Shown piece by piece: positions 27,970 to 38,200 of a DNA stretch of 64,000 nt. The stretch spans positions 1 through 64,000 of the IMG/VR virus record IMGVR_UViG_3300025838_000022. One strand, written 5' to 3'. Made by a program: the position numbers and the translations under genes. The DNA is from a virus (taxonomy: Duplodnaviria; Caudoviricetes). The notes beneath the pieces are model-generated. The model was not told where the DNA came from. It saw only the letters and a list, made by a program, of their open reading frames with translations, and ran no database searches. Each line of letters opens with the position of its first letter. Positions within the stretch are counted from its first letter, which is position 1.

Positions 27970-28364
27970 TGGCCAGATCATTTAGACACCCGATTACGGG
28001 CGATCCTATTGGTCTTGGCAAGCATGTTTCTTGGAAGATCCAATTCTCTATCCGTAATTGGTACTTTATTGGAACCATTACCGGTATCACAATTTTTTGT
28101 GTTATCTGGGGAACAATGAACATCAAGGTCATTGGCTGGTGGAATGTATGGGCTTCCTACATGGCTCTTTTTATTGAGTCTGTTGTCGGTATCAGTATGT
28201 TTGAACAGACCCGTGCTGATGCCAAGGTACTTAGACAAAGTCTTGCAGCCATTGAAGAATTGCTTACCAAGATCAATCAATTGCTTGAACTTGAAAAAGA
28301 ACAAAGCAAAGAAGTACACAATCTTGTAGATGTATTAGAAGATGAAATCAATCTTCACCATTAA
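27969..28364 (+). CDS. Two-TM membrane protein (DUF1003-like / holin-like)
   Basis: Two hydrophobic helices followed by a coiled coil. Confidence 0.55.
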   Translation: MARSFRHPITGDPIGLGKHVSWKIQFSIRNWYFIGTITGITIFCVIWGTMNIKVIGWWNVWASYMALFIESVVGISMFEQTRADAKVLRQSLAAIEELLTKINQLLELEKEQSKEVHNLVDVLEDEINLHH

Positions 28365-28428
28365 ATATTTAACATAGTTTTATTATAAAGACGATGTAAA
28401 AGTCTTATTAAGACAAAAAAGGTTACAG

Positions 28429-29088
28429 ATGATTAAATTTGGTGCACCATCAATAGCTCTACAGGGTAGAGAGACGCTGGCCGGTATTGGTCAGCCTATT
28501 GAGCTACACAATGTAACATTTGATGACTTTAATTTTAAACCAGAACCTGGTTACGTTTACGCTGTTTCTAGAGCCATTTCCTCCAGAGTAAACGCTAACT
28601 ACGATGGCTGGCCTGTTGACCAAATCAAGAAAAGCTACAAAACTTTTGTTGGTCGTCCAATCTATGTTGAGCACAACAACTCTGATCCAGACCGTGCTCG
28701 TGGTGTGATCTTGGATGCTGTATACCGTGAGAGCAAGCTTGCCTCTGGTGCTACAGACGCCAGTGTTTACTGCCTTATGGAAGTAGACGCACAGAATTTC
28801 CCAAAGCTAGCCAACTCAATTATGGAAGGTAGCTTGAACGCTGTCAGTATGGGTGCTGACGTAGAGGGTACGCAGTGCTCAGCTTGTGGTAAGTACGCTA
28901 GCAAGCCAGCTGAATACTGTACTCACATCCCTCGCCTTAAAGGACGTACAGTTACCGTATACAAGGCTGGTAAGAGAATTGAAAGCCTTGTCTACGAGAG
29001 CTGCATTAAGCCAAACTTCTTCGAGCTGAGTTTTGTTTTTGAACCAGCAGACGAATCAGCTTGGCTGCTACAAAAGAAGCGTTACTAA
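28429..29088 (+). CDS. Prohead (capsid maturation) protease with zinc-ribbon insertion
   Basis: VEHNN (His), VSMGA (Ser), ELSFVFEPAD; CSAC...CTH insertion; lies between portal and capsid. Confidence 0.85.
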   Translation: MIKFGAPSIALQGRETLAGIGQPIELHNVTFDDFNFKPEPGYVYAVSRAISSRVNANYDGWPVDQIKKSYKTFVGRPIYVEHNNSDPDRARGVILDAVYRESKLASGATDASVYCLMEVDAQNFPKLANSIMEGSLNAVSMGADVEGTQCSACGKYASKPAEYCTHIPRLKGRTVTVYKAGKRIESLVYESCIKPNFFELSFVFEPADESAWLLQKKRY

Positions 29089-29090
29089 TA

Positions 29091-29789
29091 ATGCCTATTC
29101 TTAAAGTTTCTGAAGACATTAAGAAGTATGCGTTGGAGGTAATCAAGGTACCAATTTCTGTGCTTGGTGACTGCCCTCAGTGTCAGAGCAACGGTTACAG
29201 AGACGGTATCTGCCCAGACTGTGCTTTTATTGACCCTCGTGTTCAAGAAGCAATTGCTGCTTGGCAACAAGCTATGGGTATTGAACAGGTTATGAAGCAG
29301 CAACAACAAAGCCTTGCAGAACAAAATGCAATGTCAAAAGCTGCTTACAGAAGCTTGGCATTTAGCGATATGTTCCCATCTTCGGCCACAACAAAGGTTA
29401 AATGCCCAGACTGTGGTCAAATGACTTTTGAAAATGATTCCTTAAAAAAGGGTGAAATTTCAGGGACATGTAAAAATCCTGAATGTATGAAAGAAATTGC
29501 TGGTGCAACAGGATTTAAAAGACCCAAGTTCCTGGGTATAGATCCTAGGTGGAAAAAAAAGGTTGATAGAGGTTACAACTTCTTGAGCCCTGGGACACTA
29601 CAGATTGAACAAGCAAAAAACAAATTAAAAAAGAAAAGTGCTAAGGAACAAAACGATCCTGGTGCAATTCTAAATGATGCAGCAGCAGCTTCGATGGATG
29701 CTACGACTCGTATGAGAAGTATGCAACTACAAGACGCAGCTCTTCAAACACAACCCCAAGACGCAGAAAATAGCGAGGAGCAACAATGA
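29091..29789 (+). CDS. Double zinc-ribbon protein of the head module
   Basis: CPQC...CPDC and CPDC...CKNPEC; start at ATG 29091. Confidence 0.75.
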   Translation: MPILKVSEDIKKYALEVIKVPISVLGDCPQCQSNGYRDGICPDCAFIDPRVQEAIAAWQQAMGIEQVMKQQQQSLAEQNAMSKAAYRSLAFSDMFPSSATTKVKCPDCGQMTFENDSLKKGEISGTCKNPECMKEIAGATGFKRPKFLGIDPRWKKKVDRGYNFLSPGTLQIEQAKNKLKKKSAKEQNDPGAILNDAAAASMDATTRMRSMQLQDAALQTQPQDAENSEEQQ

Positions 29790-31180
29790 GCCGTTTCGAC
29801 AATGAACTGGTCAGACAAGCGAACAACGCTTATCAGAACACCGTGGGCGAGGGTAAGACCACCACACCAAGACAACAAGAGTATGACCAGGTTGGTTTGG
29901 CTGGTACTGATCCAGCACCTGGTGTCTTTCAGGCTCCTGCTGCTCCAGTAGATGAAGTCGGCTCATGGGGCGCTTTGCAGCCCACTAGCCCTAACGTTGT
30001 TGACGTTAGAAACTTGGACAACCTCGAGGGTGAGATCATTGGTGGTCCTGGCTCGAGCGCAGTTTGGGCTGAGAAGCAGCCTATGTATGCCAGCACACAA
30101 GTCATTGATGAAAGCTTGTACCAGGTGTACAAGGCTAGCCGTGACATTCGTAATGCCATTGATGAGCAAGTTGACTTTGATTTCTCTAACTTGATCACTG
30201 CTGCTAACGAGGCTTCGACTGTTATGCGCTTCGCTAGCTCAGATGACACCGTTAACCAGGTTATTGGTACGGTTGCAGGCATTGTACTCGACATCGAGAA
30301 TGACCTCGCTACCTACGGTGACTACCGTCAAGCTTCTGCTGATCTTAAGTCACTCGAGGGCTTGCTTGAAGACATCAAGGTTGCCGCCACTGGCGAAGAC
30401 GATGACAAGGACGGCAAGGAAGACGACGGAGACTCTGACGACAGCACAAAGACTTCTGCCAAGAAGAAGTGCGTTTGCAAGGGTAAGGGTTGCAAGAACT
30501 GCAAGAAGTCTGCCAAAGACAAGGACTCTGACGACGAGGATGAGGACGACGAAGACGACGATGACATGCCTGCCTTCTTGAAGAAAAAGAAGAAGAAGGC
30601 TTCCAACGGTAACCAAGAGTCGCTGCAAGTTGTTGACGTTCGTGACCTTGACGACCAGGCTGGTGTCTGGGACCGTCAAAAGGCTATGACTCCTAACCAC
30701 ACCACAAATGTGTTGGTTCCTCAGGAAGTCAATGGTGAGGATGCTGCCTACGTGCCATTCTACAACGATGGTGGAACGACGGGCATCGAGCCTGGCAATG
30801 GCCCTCACAAGCAGCAACTTGACTTCCAAGATGGTACCAACCCTGCCATTGCTCCTTACGCAGGTACAGTTGCTGCTGTACAAGCTAGCCGCGAAAAGAT
30901 CTTCGCTGCTATTGAGGTTGTTGACCGCCTTGAAAAGATGGGTATGGTCAATCACGACGATCGTGCTAAGCACATCGCAAAGTTTGAGCAGATGTCCGAA
31001 TCTAAGCTAGCAGGTTTTGTAGCTTCGATGGAGCTGTTTGAAGAGTCTGGGGCTCGTCAACCCCGGAGCCAGAAAGTGGCAAAGGGTAACAACTCATTGC
31101 CAGAAATGGGTCGGTTGACAACGGCCTCAACAGTTACTCGTCAAGACGTTCAGTCTGACGATTGGCTGATGACACTATAA
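29786..31180 (+). CDS. Putative scaffolding / head core protein
   Basis: 464 aa, acidic and basic low-complexity tracts, internal repeat VVDVRxLD, upstream of capsid genes. Confidence 0.65.
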   Translation: MSRFDNELVRQANNAYQNTVGEGKTTTPRQQEYDQVGLAGTDPAPGVFQAPAAPVDEVGSWGALQPTSPNVVDVRNLDNLEGEIIGGPGSSAVWAEKQPMYASTQVIDESLYQVYKASRDIRNAIDEQVDFDFSNLITAANEASTVMRFASSDDTVNQVIGTVAGIVLDIENDLATYGDYRQASADLKSLEGLLEDIKVAATGEDDDKDGKEDDGDSDDSTKTSAKKKCVCKGKGCKNCKKSAKDKDSDDEDEDDEDDDDMPAFLKKKKKKASNGNQESLQVVDVRDLDDQAGVWDRQKAMTPNHTTNVLVPQEVNGEDAAYVPFYNDGGTTGIEPGNGPHKQQLDFQDGTNPAIAPYAGTVAAVQASREKIFAAIEVVDRLEKMGMVNHDDRAKHIAKFEQMSESKLAGFVASMELFEESGARQPRSQKVAKGNNSLPEMGRLTTASTVTRQDVQSDDWLMTL

Positions 31181-31208
31181 CCAAATCCCCTACTAAGGAG
31201 AAAGAAAA

Positions 31209-31739
31209 ATGCTGCAACTCAATAGCGTAGCTAACGTTGGGGTTCACCGTACGTGCACCCCACTGTACGAAAAGTACGAGGCTACACCCTACAACACGTT
31301 CCTGGACCCTACGGACACCACGAACATCTACTCGGGTATGGCCATGTACCGTACTGGTCCTGACACCGTTGCCAACGCTGGCTCGGGTGCTACCGTTTCT
31401 GGTGCACGTGTCTTTGGTCTGTCGGCTCTCGACCGTAACCCCAACATTGACGACGTGACTCAGGTCGGCGTCAACGCATGGGCTGTGTGGCTCGGTGGTT
31501 CTAACGCCTTCTTCACGATCACGGCTCCTGCTTTTGACACGACTCAGCAGTACAACGTTCCTACGAATGGTACTCGTCAGTTCCTGTACACCGCTTCTGG
31601 TACCGGTCAGCTTACGTCAAACCAAAACACAAGTGCCACTTCCGGTACTCTGTGCTTCCAGCCTATCGCTGAGTTGATTGACGTGATCAGCCCAACCCAG
31701 ATCGTTATCCGCCTCGTACCATTCGGTGCTCAGGCTTAA
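31209..31739 (+). CDS. Putative capsid decoration / stabilising protein
   Basis: 176-aa beta-rich protein immediately upstream of the major capsid gene, strong codon bias. Confidence 0.65.
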   Translation: MLQLNSVANVGVHRTCTPLYEKYEATPYNTFLDPTDTTNIYSGMAMYRTGPDTVANAGSGATVSGARVFGLSALDRNPNIDDVTQVGVNAWAVWLGGSNAFFTITAPAFDTTQQYNVPTNGTRQFLYTASGTGQLTSNQNTSATSGTLCFQPIAELIDVISPTQIVIRLVPFGAQA

Positions 31740-31757
31740 TCTGAAAGGAACATGAAA

Positions 31758-32768
31758 ATGTCAATTCTCCCTAATGGCGCTGTCGCTGAGCACCTTGCTC
31801 CCCGCACAGCTAAGAAGTCAGACGACTACGTCGCTGGCATTGTAGAGGCTCAAGAGCGTCTCGCTTCGGCTACTGGTCGTAAGACTGCTACCCGCGAAGA
31901 GAAGCAACGTCGTCTCGCTGGCATCCTTGCCGACAAGGACAACTACATGGTCCGTCTGGGTCAGGGTATGATTGGTCCTATCCAGCTTAAGCTCCGTTAC
32001 CAGGGTATGACCCGTAACGTCCTGCTGGAAGACCCGCTCACCCCTGGTGTCCCTGTCATGTACGACGTTCTTGACGAGTACGGTCAGGCTTACATTCTTT
32101 CCGGTAACGAAGGTGAAGTCCGCGTGACACCCTTCGAAGGTAAGAAGGTTCCAGTCCGTTTGTTCCGTATCGCTACCTTCCCTCAGATTAAGAAGGAAGA
32201 CCTGTGGTACCTGCGTGTGAACATCGTTGAGTACGCTCAGGACATGTCGAAGCAGGCAATCATGATGCAGGAAGACGCCCGTTTGATCACGGTGCTCGAG
32301 GCTGCCATCAACAACTACGCGGTTGACCCCAACCACGTTGTGTCGCCTAACCACATCGTTAACGAGCTCTCGGGTTACATCACCCCTGACTCGTTGTACG
32401 ACCTCGTTGCCCTCATCGAAGTCCACCAGTTGGAAGCTTCGAGACTGTTGTTCAACCCAATCGACTACCGTGACCTCTACAAGTGGGACATCAACCAGAC
32501 CGGTTGGGCCTTCAAGGACCGCGTTGTCGCTGGTGAGCGCATCGTTCAGTTCGGTGGTTTCCAAGTTCAGCGTTCGATCGAAGTGCCTCAGGGTACTGTC
32601 TACATGACCCCAAGCCCCGAGTTCCTCGGTGTGTTCCCCGTCATGTACTCGCTCGACGTCGAAGAGAACCACACCCCAGAGAAGTTCCACAAGGGTTGGG
32701 TCATGGACGAGCTCGTCTCCGAGATCGTTCTCAACCCACGTGGTCTGGGCAAGATCGTTAAGGCTTAG
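31758..32768 (+). CDS. Major capsid protein (HK97 fold, Bxz1/cluster C-like)
   Basis: MIGPIQLKLRYQG...RNVLLEDPLTPGVP...FRIATFPQIKKEDL recognised; strongest codon bias; ATG 31758 is better spaced from AAGGA than 31752. Confidence 0.9.
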   Translation: MSILPNGAVAEHLAPRTAKKSDDYVAGIVEAQERLASATGRKTATREEKQRRLAGILADKDNYMVRLGQGMIGPIQLKLRYQGMTRNVLLEDPLTPGVPVMYDVLDEYGQAYILSGNEGEVRVTPFEGKKVPVRLFRIATFPQIKKEDLWYLRVNIVEYAQDMSKQAIMMQEDARLITVLEAAINNYAVDPNHVVSPNHIVNELSGYITPDSLYDLVALIEVHQLEASRLLFNPIDYRDLYKWDINQTGWAFKDRVVAGERIVQFGGFQVQRSIEVPQGTVYMTPSPEFLGVFPVMYSLDVEENHTPEKFHKGWVMDELVSEIVLNPRGLGKIVKA

Positions 32769-32787
32769 TCTTAACAAACGTACTAAG

Positions 32788-32824
32788 GCCGGGGAGGTCG
32801 GGTCCTTTGAGATCGCTCCCCGGT
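32788..32824 (+). terminator. GC-rich stem-loop after the capsid gene (terminator or mRNA stabiliser)
   Basis: GCCGGGGAG...CTCCCCGGT inverted repeat; no U tract. Confidence 0.5.
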
Positions 32825-32918
32825 CATCGTACAAAATTCGAATTAAAATCTACAGATTTCCTAGATCTGTTAGCAGTTTGCGAAATGCGCAAATTGCCTT
32901 GAAACAAGGAGAAACAAA

Positions 32919-33485
32919 ATGGCAAGAACAGTATCAAAATCAAGCGACACGGGTTCAGAGAGTACTCCAGTTCCAGTAGTGGACCTGGGTGGACACTTTG
33001 AAGACCACATTCCAGACGCAGCCGACAGAGCAGCAGCACTCCAAAAGCGTGCACCAGTTGCTTTCAAGGAACTGCAGGACATTAAGACTGCAGACTGGAT
33101 TGAGAACTTGATGGCTGGTTCAACAGTGTTTTCTAGCGACAAGGGCAGCTTCAAGCTGAATGGCGCTGGTTACCACGGTAGCATCCAGCCAGTCGCTGAG
33201 GAGATCCGCAAGGATCCATACCTGTTGAGAGCCGTACAACGTGGACGTATTGCCTTCATTACAGCTGAAGAGGCCGAAGGTAAGATCGCTGAACTCAGAG
33301 ATGAGAACAGCACAAGCGAGAGCCACATGGATCACCTCCGTGAAAGCCTCGCTGCAGGAGCTAGCGAAAATACAGGTCTTTACAAGATTCCTCTCCCTGA
33401 CGAAGCAGAGCCTAAGGGCCCAGCTCAGACATGGGAACAGATCTGGAAGAACAGCACCAGTACTCCTAAGCCAAAGAACGTATAA
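32919..33485 (+). CDS. Hypothetical protein downstream of capsid
   Basis: 188 aa, AAGGAG RBS. Confidence 0.8.
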   Translation: MARTVSKSSDTGSESTPVPVVDLGGHFEDHIPDAADRAAALQKRAPVAFKELQDIKTADWIENLMAGSTVFSSDKGSFKLNGAGYHGSIQPVAEEIRKDPYLLRAVQRGRIAFITAEEAEGKIAELRDENSTSESHMDHLRESLAAGASENTGLYKIPLPDEAEPKGPAQTWEQIWKNSTSTPKPKNV

Positions 33486-33490
33486 CAACC

Positions 33491-33511
33491 GGTGGACTGA
33501 AAAGCTCCACC
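33491..33511 (+). terminator. Intergenic stem-loop
   Basis: GGTGGA-9 nt-TCCACC. Confidence 0.35.
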
Positions 33512-33527
33512 TTCATAAGGAGCTTAA

Positions 33528-33797
33528 ATGAGCGATGAGATCAAGAAGACAGTAGAGCCTGTTGTCGAGGCAACTGCCGAGCCATTGGGTGCTGTTATCC
33601 CCAGCGGTACGACGCTTAGCGGTACAACAATCTACAACGAGCCATGGTTCGGTCCTTGGGTCCCACAGACCTTCCCCGGTACCGTTAGCGGTGGCTATGC
33701 ACAGCCTACCTTGAGTGGTAACGGCTGGGCTGGTCAAAACAACAACGGATTCGTTTTCCAAAACGATCAATACAACACAACCGTGAGAGGATTCTAA
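33528..33797 (+). CDS. Small putative virion protein
   Basis: 89 aa, AAGGAG RBS, xxSG motifs. Confidence 0.7.
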   Translation: MSDEIKKTVEPVVEATAEPLGAVIPSGTTLSGTTIYNEPWFGPWVPQTFPGTVSGGYAQPTLSGNGWAGQNNNGFVFQNDQYNTTVRGF

Positions 33798-33798
33798 C

Positions 33799-34518
33799 AT
33801 GGCTACACCAAACCTTCCTAACGAGCAAGCTACAAAGGCTACACTCCGCAGCCTGACACGTGGAGGTGTTACACCAGGTGATGTCAACCCACCAGTTGAC
33901 TATGCCATCATGGTTAATGCCATCTCTACGACCAGTGGAATCCTGGAGCTTTCAGTCCCAACCGGTAACACAAGCTTTGTTATTAGTGGTAGCAATGGTC
34001 TGAACTCTGCAGTGATTACTGGTACCTCTACTGGTACCAACGTCAATGGCCTCATTGCTGCTCTTGCCAACACGGCTCTTAGCGGTCAAACGTTCTTTGT
34101 GAACGCTGGTGGTGCTAACTACTTGAACAACACAACGACAAGCATTATCATTCCTAGCGGTGCTGTTCTGACTGTTGTCAGTGCTACGGGTACGGCTCCT
34201 ACTATTACTGCTGCTTCTGGTACTGGCACCGAAGCTAACGCTTACCCAAGCTACGTTGGTACTCCTAACGCTACTCCAAACTGGGTTGATGACGTAACTG
34301 GTCACTCATACCAGGTTGGCTACGCTGGTCAGCTGGTTGTCAACAATAATGGTACCCTGAGTGGTGCAAACGTTGTCCAAACACAGATCCGTCAGATCTT
34401 CACCGGTAACGGTCCTGACGGTGGTAGCCAGACACAGCAGTACGCTGGTTACCAGGCTACCTACTCGGGTAACTTGTACCAGACTGGTCAGAAGAGAACG
34501 TACCGTCAGCAGAGCTAA
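33799..34518 (+). CDS. Putative virion structural protein
   Basis: 239 aa, Thr/Ser/Gly/Asn-rich. Confidence 0.75.
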   Translation: MATPNLPNEQATKATLRSLTRGGVTPGDVNPPVDYAIMVNAISTTSGILELSVPTGNTSFVISGSNGLNSAVITGTSTGTNVNGLIAALANTALSGQTFFVNAGGANYLNNTTTSIIIPSGAVLTVVSATGTAPTITAASGTGTEANAYPSYVGTPNATPNWVDDVTGHSYQVGYAGQLVVNNNGTLSGANVVQTQIRQIFTGNGPDGGSQTQQYAGYQATYSGNLYQTGQKRTYRQQS

Positions 34519-34658
34519 TGGAACACGTACCTTTTAATGTAAAGGTAGAAGCAGTAGTTATTAGAACCAATGGCACTCAGGAACAACTGGGTGTCATTGG
34601 TTCTACTACTTTAAAGGATAATAGTGAACACAGTATTGACATCGACAACAAGAAGTAG
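34518..34658 (+). CDS. Small hypothetical protein (46 aa, MEHVPFNVKVEAVVIRTNG...)
   Basis: Read manually; TAATG coupling to the upstream gene. Confidence 0.5.
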   Translation: MEHVPFNVKVEAVVIRTNGTQEQLGVIGSTTLKDNSEHSIDIDNKK

Positions 34659-35229
34659 CCTCGTCAACGTCATCACAGGTTCTGGCTATTCCTTGAGTGA
34701 GCCAAAATACCTCTCTTTTGGAACTGGCTTAAGTCCTGCTTTACCTACCGATATTGCTCTTGGTAACCCTATTGGCAGTGTTATCTCTGGTACTGTTAGT
34801 ACTCTTTCTACCGTTACATCAGGTGATACGTACTTTTGTACGGGTACTTTCACTGCTAGTGGAATTGTTTCGGTTACCGAGGTAGGCCTTTTTACCAGTC
34901 AGTCTAGTTCAGCTGTAGGATCAATTGCAAGTCAGGTTAACCCTACAGATACCACCATTACAGTGAGCGGCTACAGCGGCTTTCCAGGTACCTTTCCGTT
35001 CAATGTACAGGTGCTTACCGAAGTGATGACAGTGACCTCTGGCGATGGTACAAATGTCTTCAATGTAATTCGTGGTACAAACGGCTCTAGTAGAGTGACG
35101 AGTATTATTCCAACGCTTACCCCAGTTGTAGGACCAGCAGGGTATATGTTCTTGAAAAGTACGTTTTCAGGTATCAACCTATATCCAGGGGATAATCTTC
35201 AATTTAATATCAGCGTACAATTCTCTTAG
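34624..35229 (+). CDS. Putative fibre-anchoring structural protein
   Basis: FGTG...TDIAL...VTEVGLF pattern typical of fibre/baseplate N-terminal domains. Confidence 0.65.
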   Translation: MNTVLTSTTRSSLVNVITGSGYSLSEPKYLSFGTGLSPALPTDIALGNPIGSVISGTVSTLSTVTSGDTYFCTGTFTASGIVSVTEVGLFTSQSSSAVGSIASQVNPTDTTITVSGYSGFPGTFPFNVQVLTEVMTVTSGDGTNVFNVIRGTNGSSRVTSIIPTLTPVVGPAGYMFLKSTFSGINLYPGDNLQFNISVQFS

Positions 35230-35236
35230 GATCTAA

Positions 35237-38200
35237 ATGTCTTACCCCACATATACAACTCCTAGATCTATCGCTGGCGCAGCTGCACCTTCTTACCTTT
35301 CTGCAACGCTTGCTAGTGGGTACTCTGCTGGTCAAACAATTACAGTTGGCAATACATCTGGCTGGTATGAGGTAAGCTCGAGTGGCACTGCTACAACAAA
35401 TCCTTTGGGAACTAGCGGTGTATTTACGTTGGTGGTTGATTACGGCCTCAGCACAGAGGAAAAGATCCTGTGCGCATCCGGTGCTATCTCTATTGGTGTT
35501 AATGCAGTAATCCCAGTGTGGACAGACGGTACTTACAACGGCCGTGGCTGGGATGGCACAACATCGGTGGCTCACGCTACGGGCAGTGGCACGAACCCTA
35601 ACGTATTCCTGGTTAGAACCGCGGTAGATGACCTTCAATTCAACACGTCAGCGGCCACGCTTACTAACAACCTTGCCACACTCTCTGGGCAATATGCTGT
35701 CACTTCCGGAATTGTTACAGCACAATCTGGTTACATTTCTACGATCTCAGGTAAGCAAGTTACTGATGAGACAAATATTGCTAGTTTGTCAGGTAGTTTG
35801 GCAACCCTCAGTGGTCAATATGTAATAACCAGTGGTATTGTAACCGGTCACACTGGTTCAATTGCAAGCATCAGCGGTAGCCTTAATACCCTGTCGGGGC
35901 AATTTGTTGCATTGTCAGGCGCCTATGCTGTAACCTCAGGGAACCTCAACACAACAAATGGTAACCTGTCAACATTAAGTGGCCAGTTCGTAACTCTTAG
36001 TGGAGCTTACGCAACCACTTCGGGTAACTTAAACACAACGAACACAAACGTTGCGAACCTTAGCGGTCAATTTGCTTCACTGTCTGGGCAGTATCTGACT
36101 ACATCAGGGATAGTTACTGGGCACACAAGTTCAATTGCTTCAATCAGTGGCAGCCTAAACACCTTGTCTGGTCAGTACGTTGCTACCAGTGGCAGTTTAA
36201 CCACGTTGAGCGGTCAATACGTTGTAACTTCTGGTAGTCTTACAACCCTTTCAGGACAATTTGTTGTTCTAAGCGGTGCATACGCTGCTACTTCAGGTAG
36301 CCTCAACACCGTAAGCGGAGTCGCTTACTCTGCTCTGCAACGCTCTGGTGGTACTATCAGTGGTGCATTGAATATCACCAGCCCCATCCTTGGTGGTGTA
36401 ACTGCTACTAGCGGACAATCTCTTGTATGGAACAGCACACAATGGGTGCCAGCTACCATTAGTGGTGGCAGTGGAGGAAGCGGAATTACTTCACTTACAG
36501 GTGACGTAACTGCATCCGGTACGGGTGCGGTTGCTGCAACACTGGTAGGTACGACTGCTGTTAGTGGTGTAGTAAACACTATTATCAATGTTAACCCCAC
36601 TGTTACAGGAACAGTTGCAAGCCTTGCCACCCTAAGCGGCCAATTCGTTGCGCTTAGCGGAGCATATGCAATAACGTCTGGTTCGTTGAACACCGTAAGC
36701 GGAGTTGCTTATGCTGCTTTGCCAGGCTCTGGCGGCACAATTAGTGGCAACCTTGTAGTTGCTTCTGGTCTCACTGTTAGTGGAACTATAAGTGGAACTA
36801 CTGCTGTTTTTAGTGGTGGCGTAACAGCACAGTACTTATCAGTAAGTGGCATCCCAGGTTCTACGTCTGGTTCTAGATTCGTGGGTGCTATTTCAACTGG
36901 TATTAGTGGCATACCTTACGGTCCTAATTCTGGTACTTATACCGTAGGCGATTTTGTAACTGACCAAGCAGGTAAAATCTGGGTCTGCTATAGTGGCGGC
37001 ACTCCTGGTCTTTGGACTACGACACTTTACAGTCTTCCTATCTATAGAACCTATAGAGGTGGTGTAGGCGCAGCAAATAATGCTAATGGTGTAAGTATCC
37101 CAACGACAGGATCGGGACTCTTGTTAGCACCCAATGAGCAAACTATTTTGCAAATTGGTAATACACAGGGTAATGGAGTTACCTGGACATTACCTTTTAA
37201 CCCTCCAAATGGTAGCATTAATACTTTTATTAATACTAGCAATGGTTACTATACATATCTTTTGCCATCTGGTACGGATACAATTAATGTAAATAACACT
37301 GTTTATTCTGGTACTAGTAGCCCAGGTTTGTACATTGGTCCTGGTGCTTGGTACCAGTTTAGCTATGATGCTTTTGGACAGGGCAGTGGAAAAGGTGTTT
37401 GGTTTGCATTCTCCAGCAACCAGGCTCAATATTTATCTGGTAATTTTTCCAACGTTACAGTTACAGGCACTCTAAACGCTATTGGCCCTACGAATACATT
37501 AAGTGGGACAAATAATTTATTTGGTACAACAACTATTAGTGGTAGTTACGCTTTTTACCCTGCGTTATCAGGTACACCTACAGGAGCTGCAGGCGGTGAT
37601 CTTACAGGTACTTACCCTAACCCAACGTTAGTTGGAACCACAAATGTAAGCGGAATTGTTAACACTATTATCAATGTTAACTCAACGGTGACAGGTACCG
37701 CTGCTAGCTTGACTACGCTAAGTGGTCAGTATGTTGCTACTTCAGGTAGCCTCGCTACACTTTCAGGTCAGTTTGCGACCCTTAGCGGCGCCTATGCAAC
37801 CACATCAGGCAACCTCAATACAACAAATGCCAATGTAGCAAGCTTAAGCGGCCAATTTGCTTCACTTTCAGGACAATACTTAACCACCTCTGGCATCGTA
37901 ACAACAGCAACAGGTAACATTGCATCATTGTCAGGCAGCCTTGCAACGTTAAGCGGACAGTACGTAAGTACTAGTGGTAGCCTTACAACTTTGTCAGGTC
38001 AGTTTGTAACGCTTAGTGGGCAATATAACACAACATCTGGTATTGTTACTGGTCAAACGAGCTCTATCGCGCTAATTTCAGGTAACCTTAACACTGTTAG
38101 TGGTGTAGCTTATGCTGCCCTGCCAGGATCCGGTGGAACTATTAGCGGCAACCTTGTTGTTGCTTCTGGTTTTACTGTATCTGGTACATCTACTCACATT

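Noticed and set aside
31818-32834. 338-aa antisense ORF opposite the major capsid gene
   Set aside because: It is in register with the capsid codons and is explained by strong codon bias that avoids TTA/CTA/TCA. The other minus-strand ORFs also shadow + strand genes and show no recognisable motifs.
34610-34616. In-frame T TTA AAG slippery heptamer in the small 34518 ORF
   Set aside because: The -1 frame hits TAA at 34619, and the downstream gene is in the +1 frame with its own AAGGA-GTG start
35675-38110. CRISPR array or DGR template/variable repeat pair
   Set aside because: The repeats are in-frame 21-bp coding units diverged at synonymous sites, with no spacers, no adenine-specific differences and no reverse transcriptase in the window
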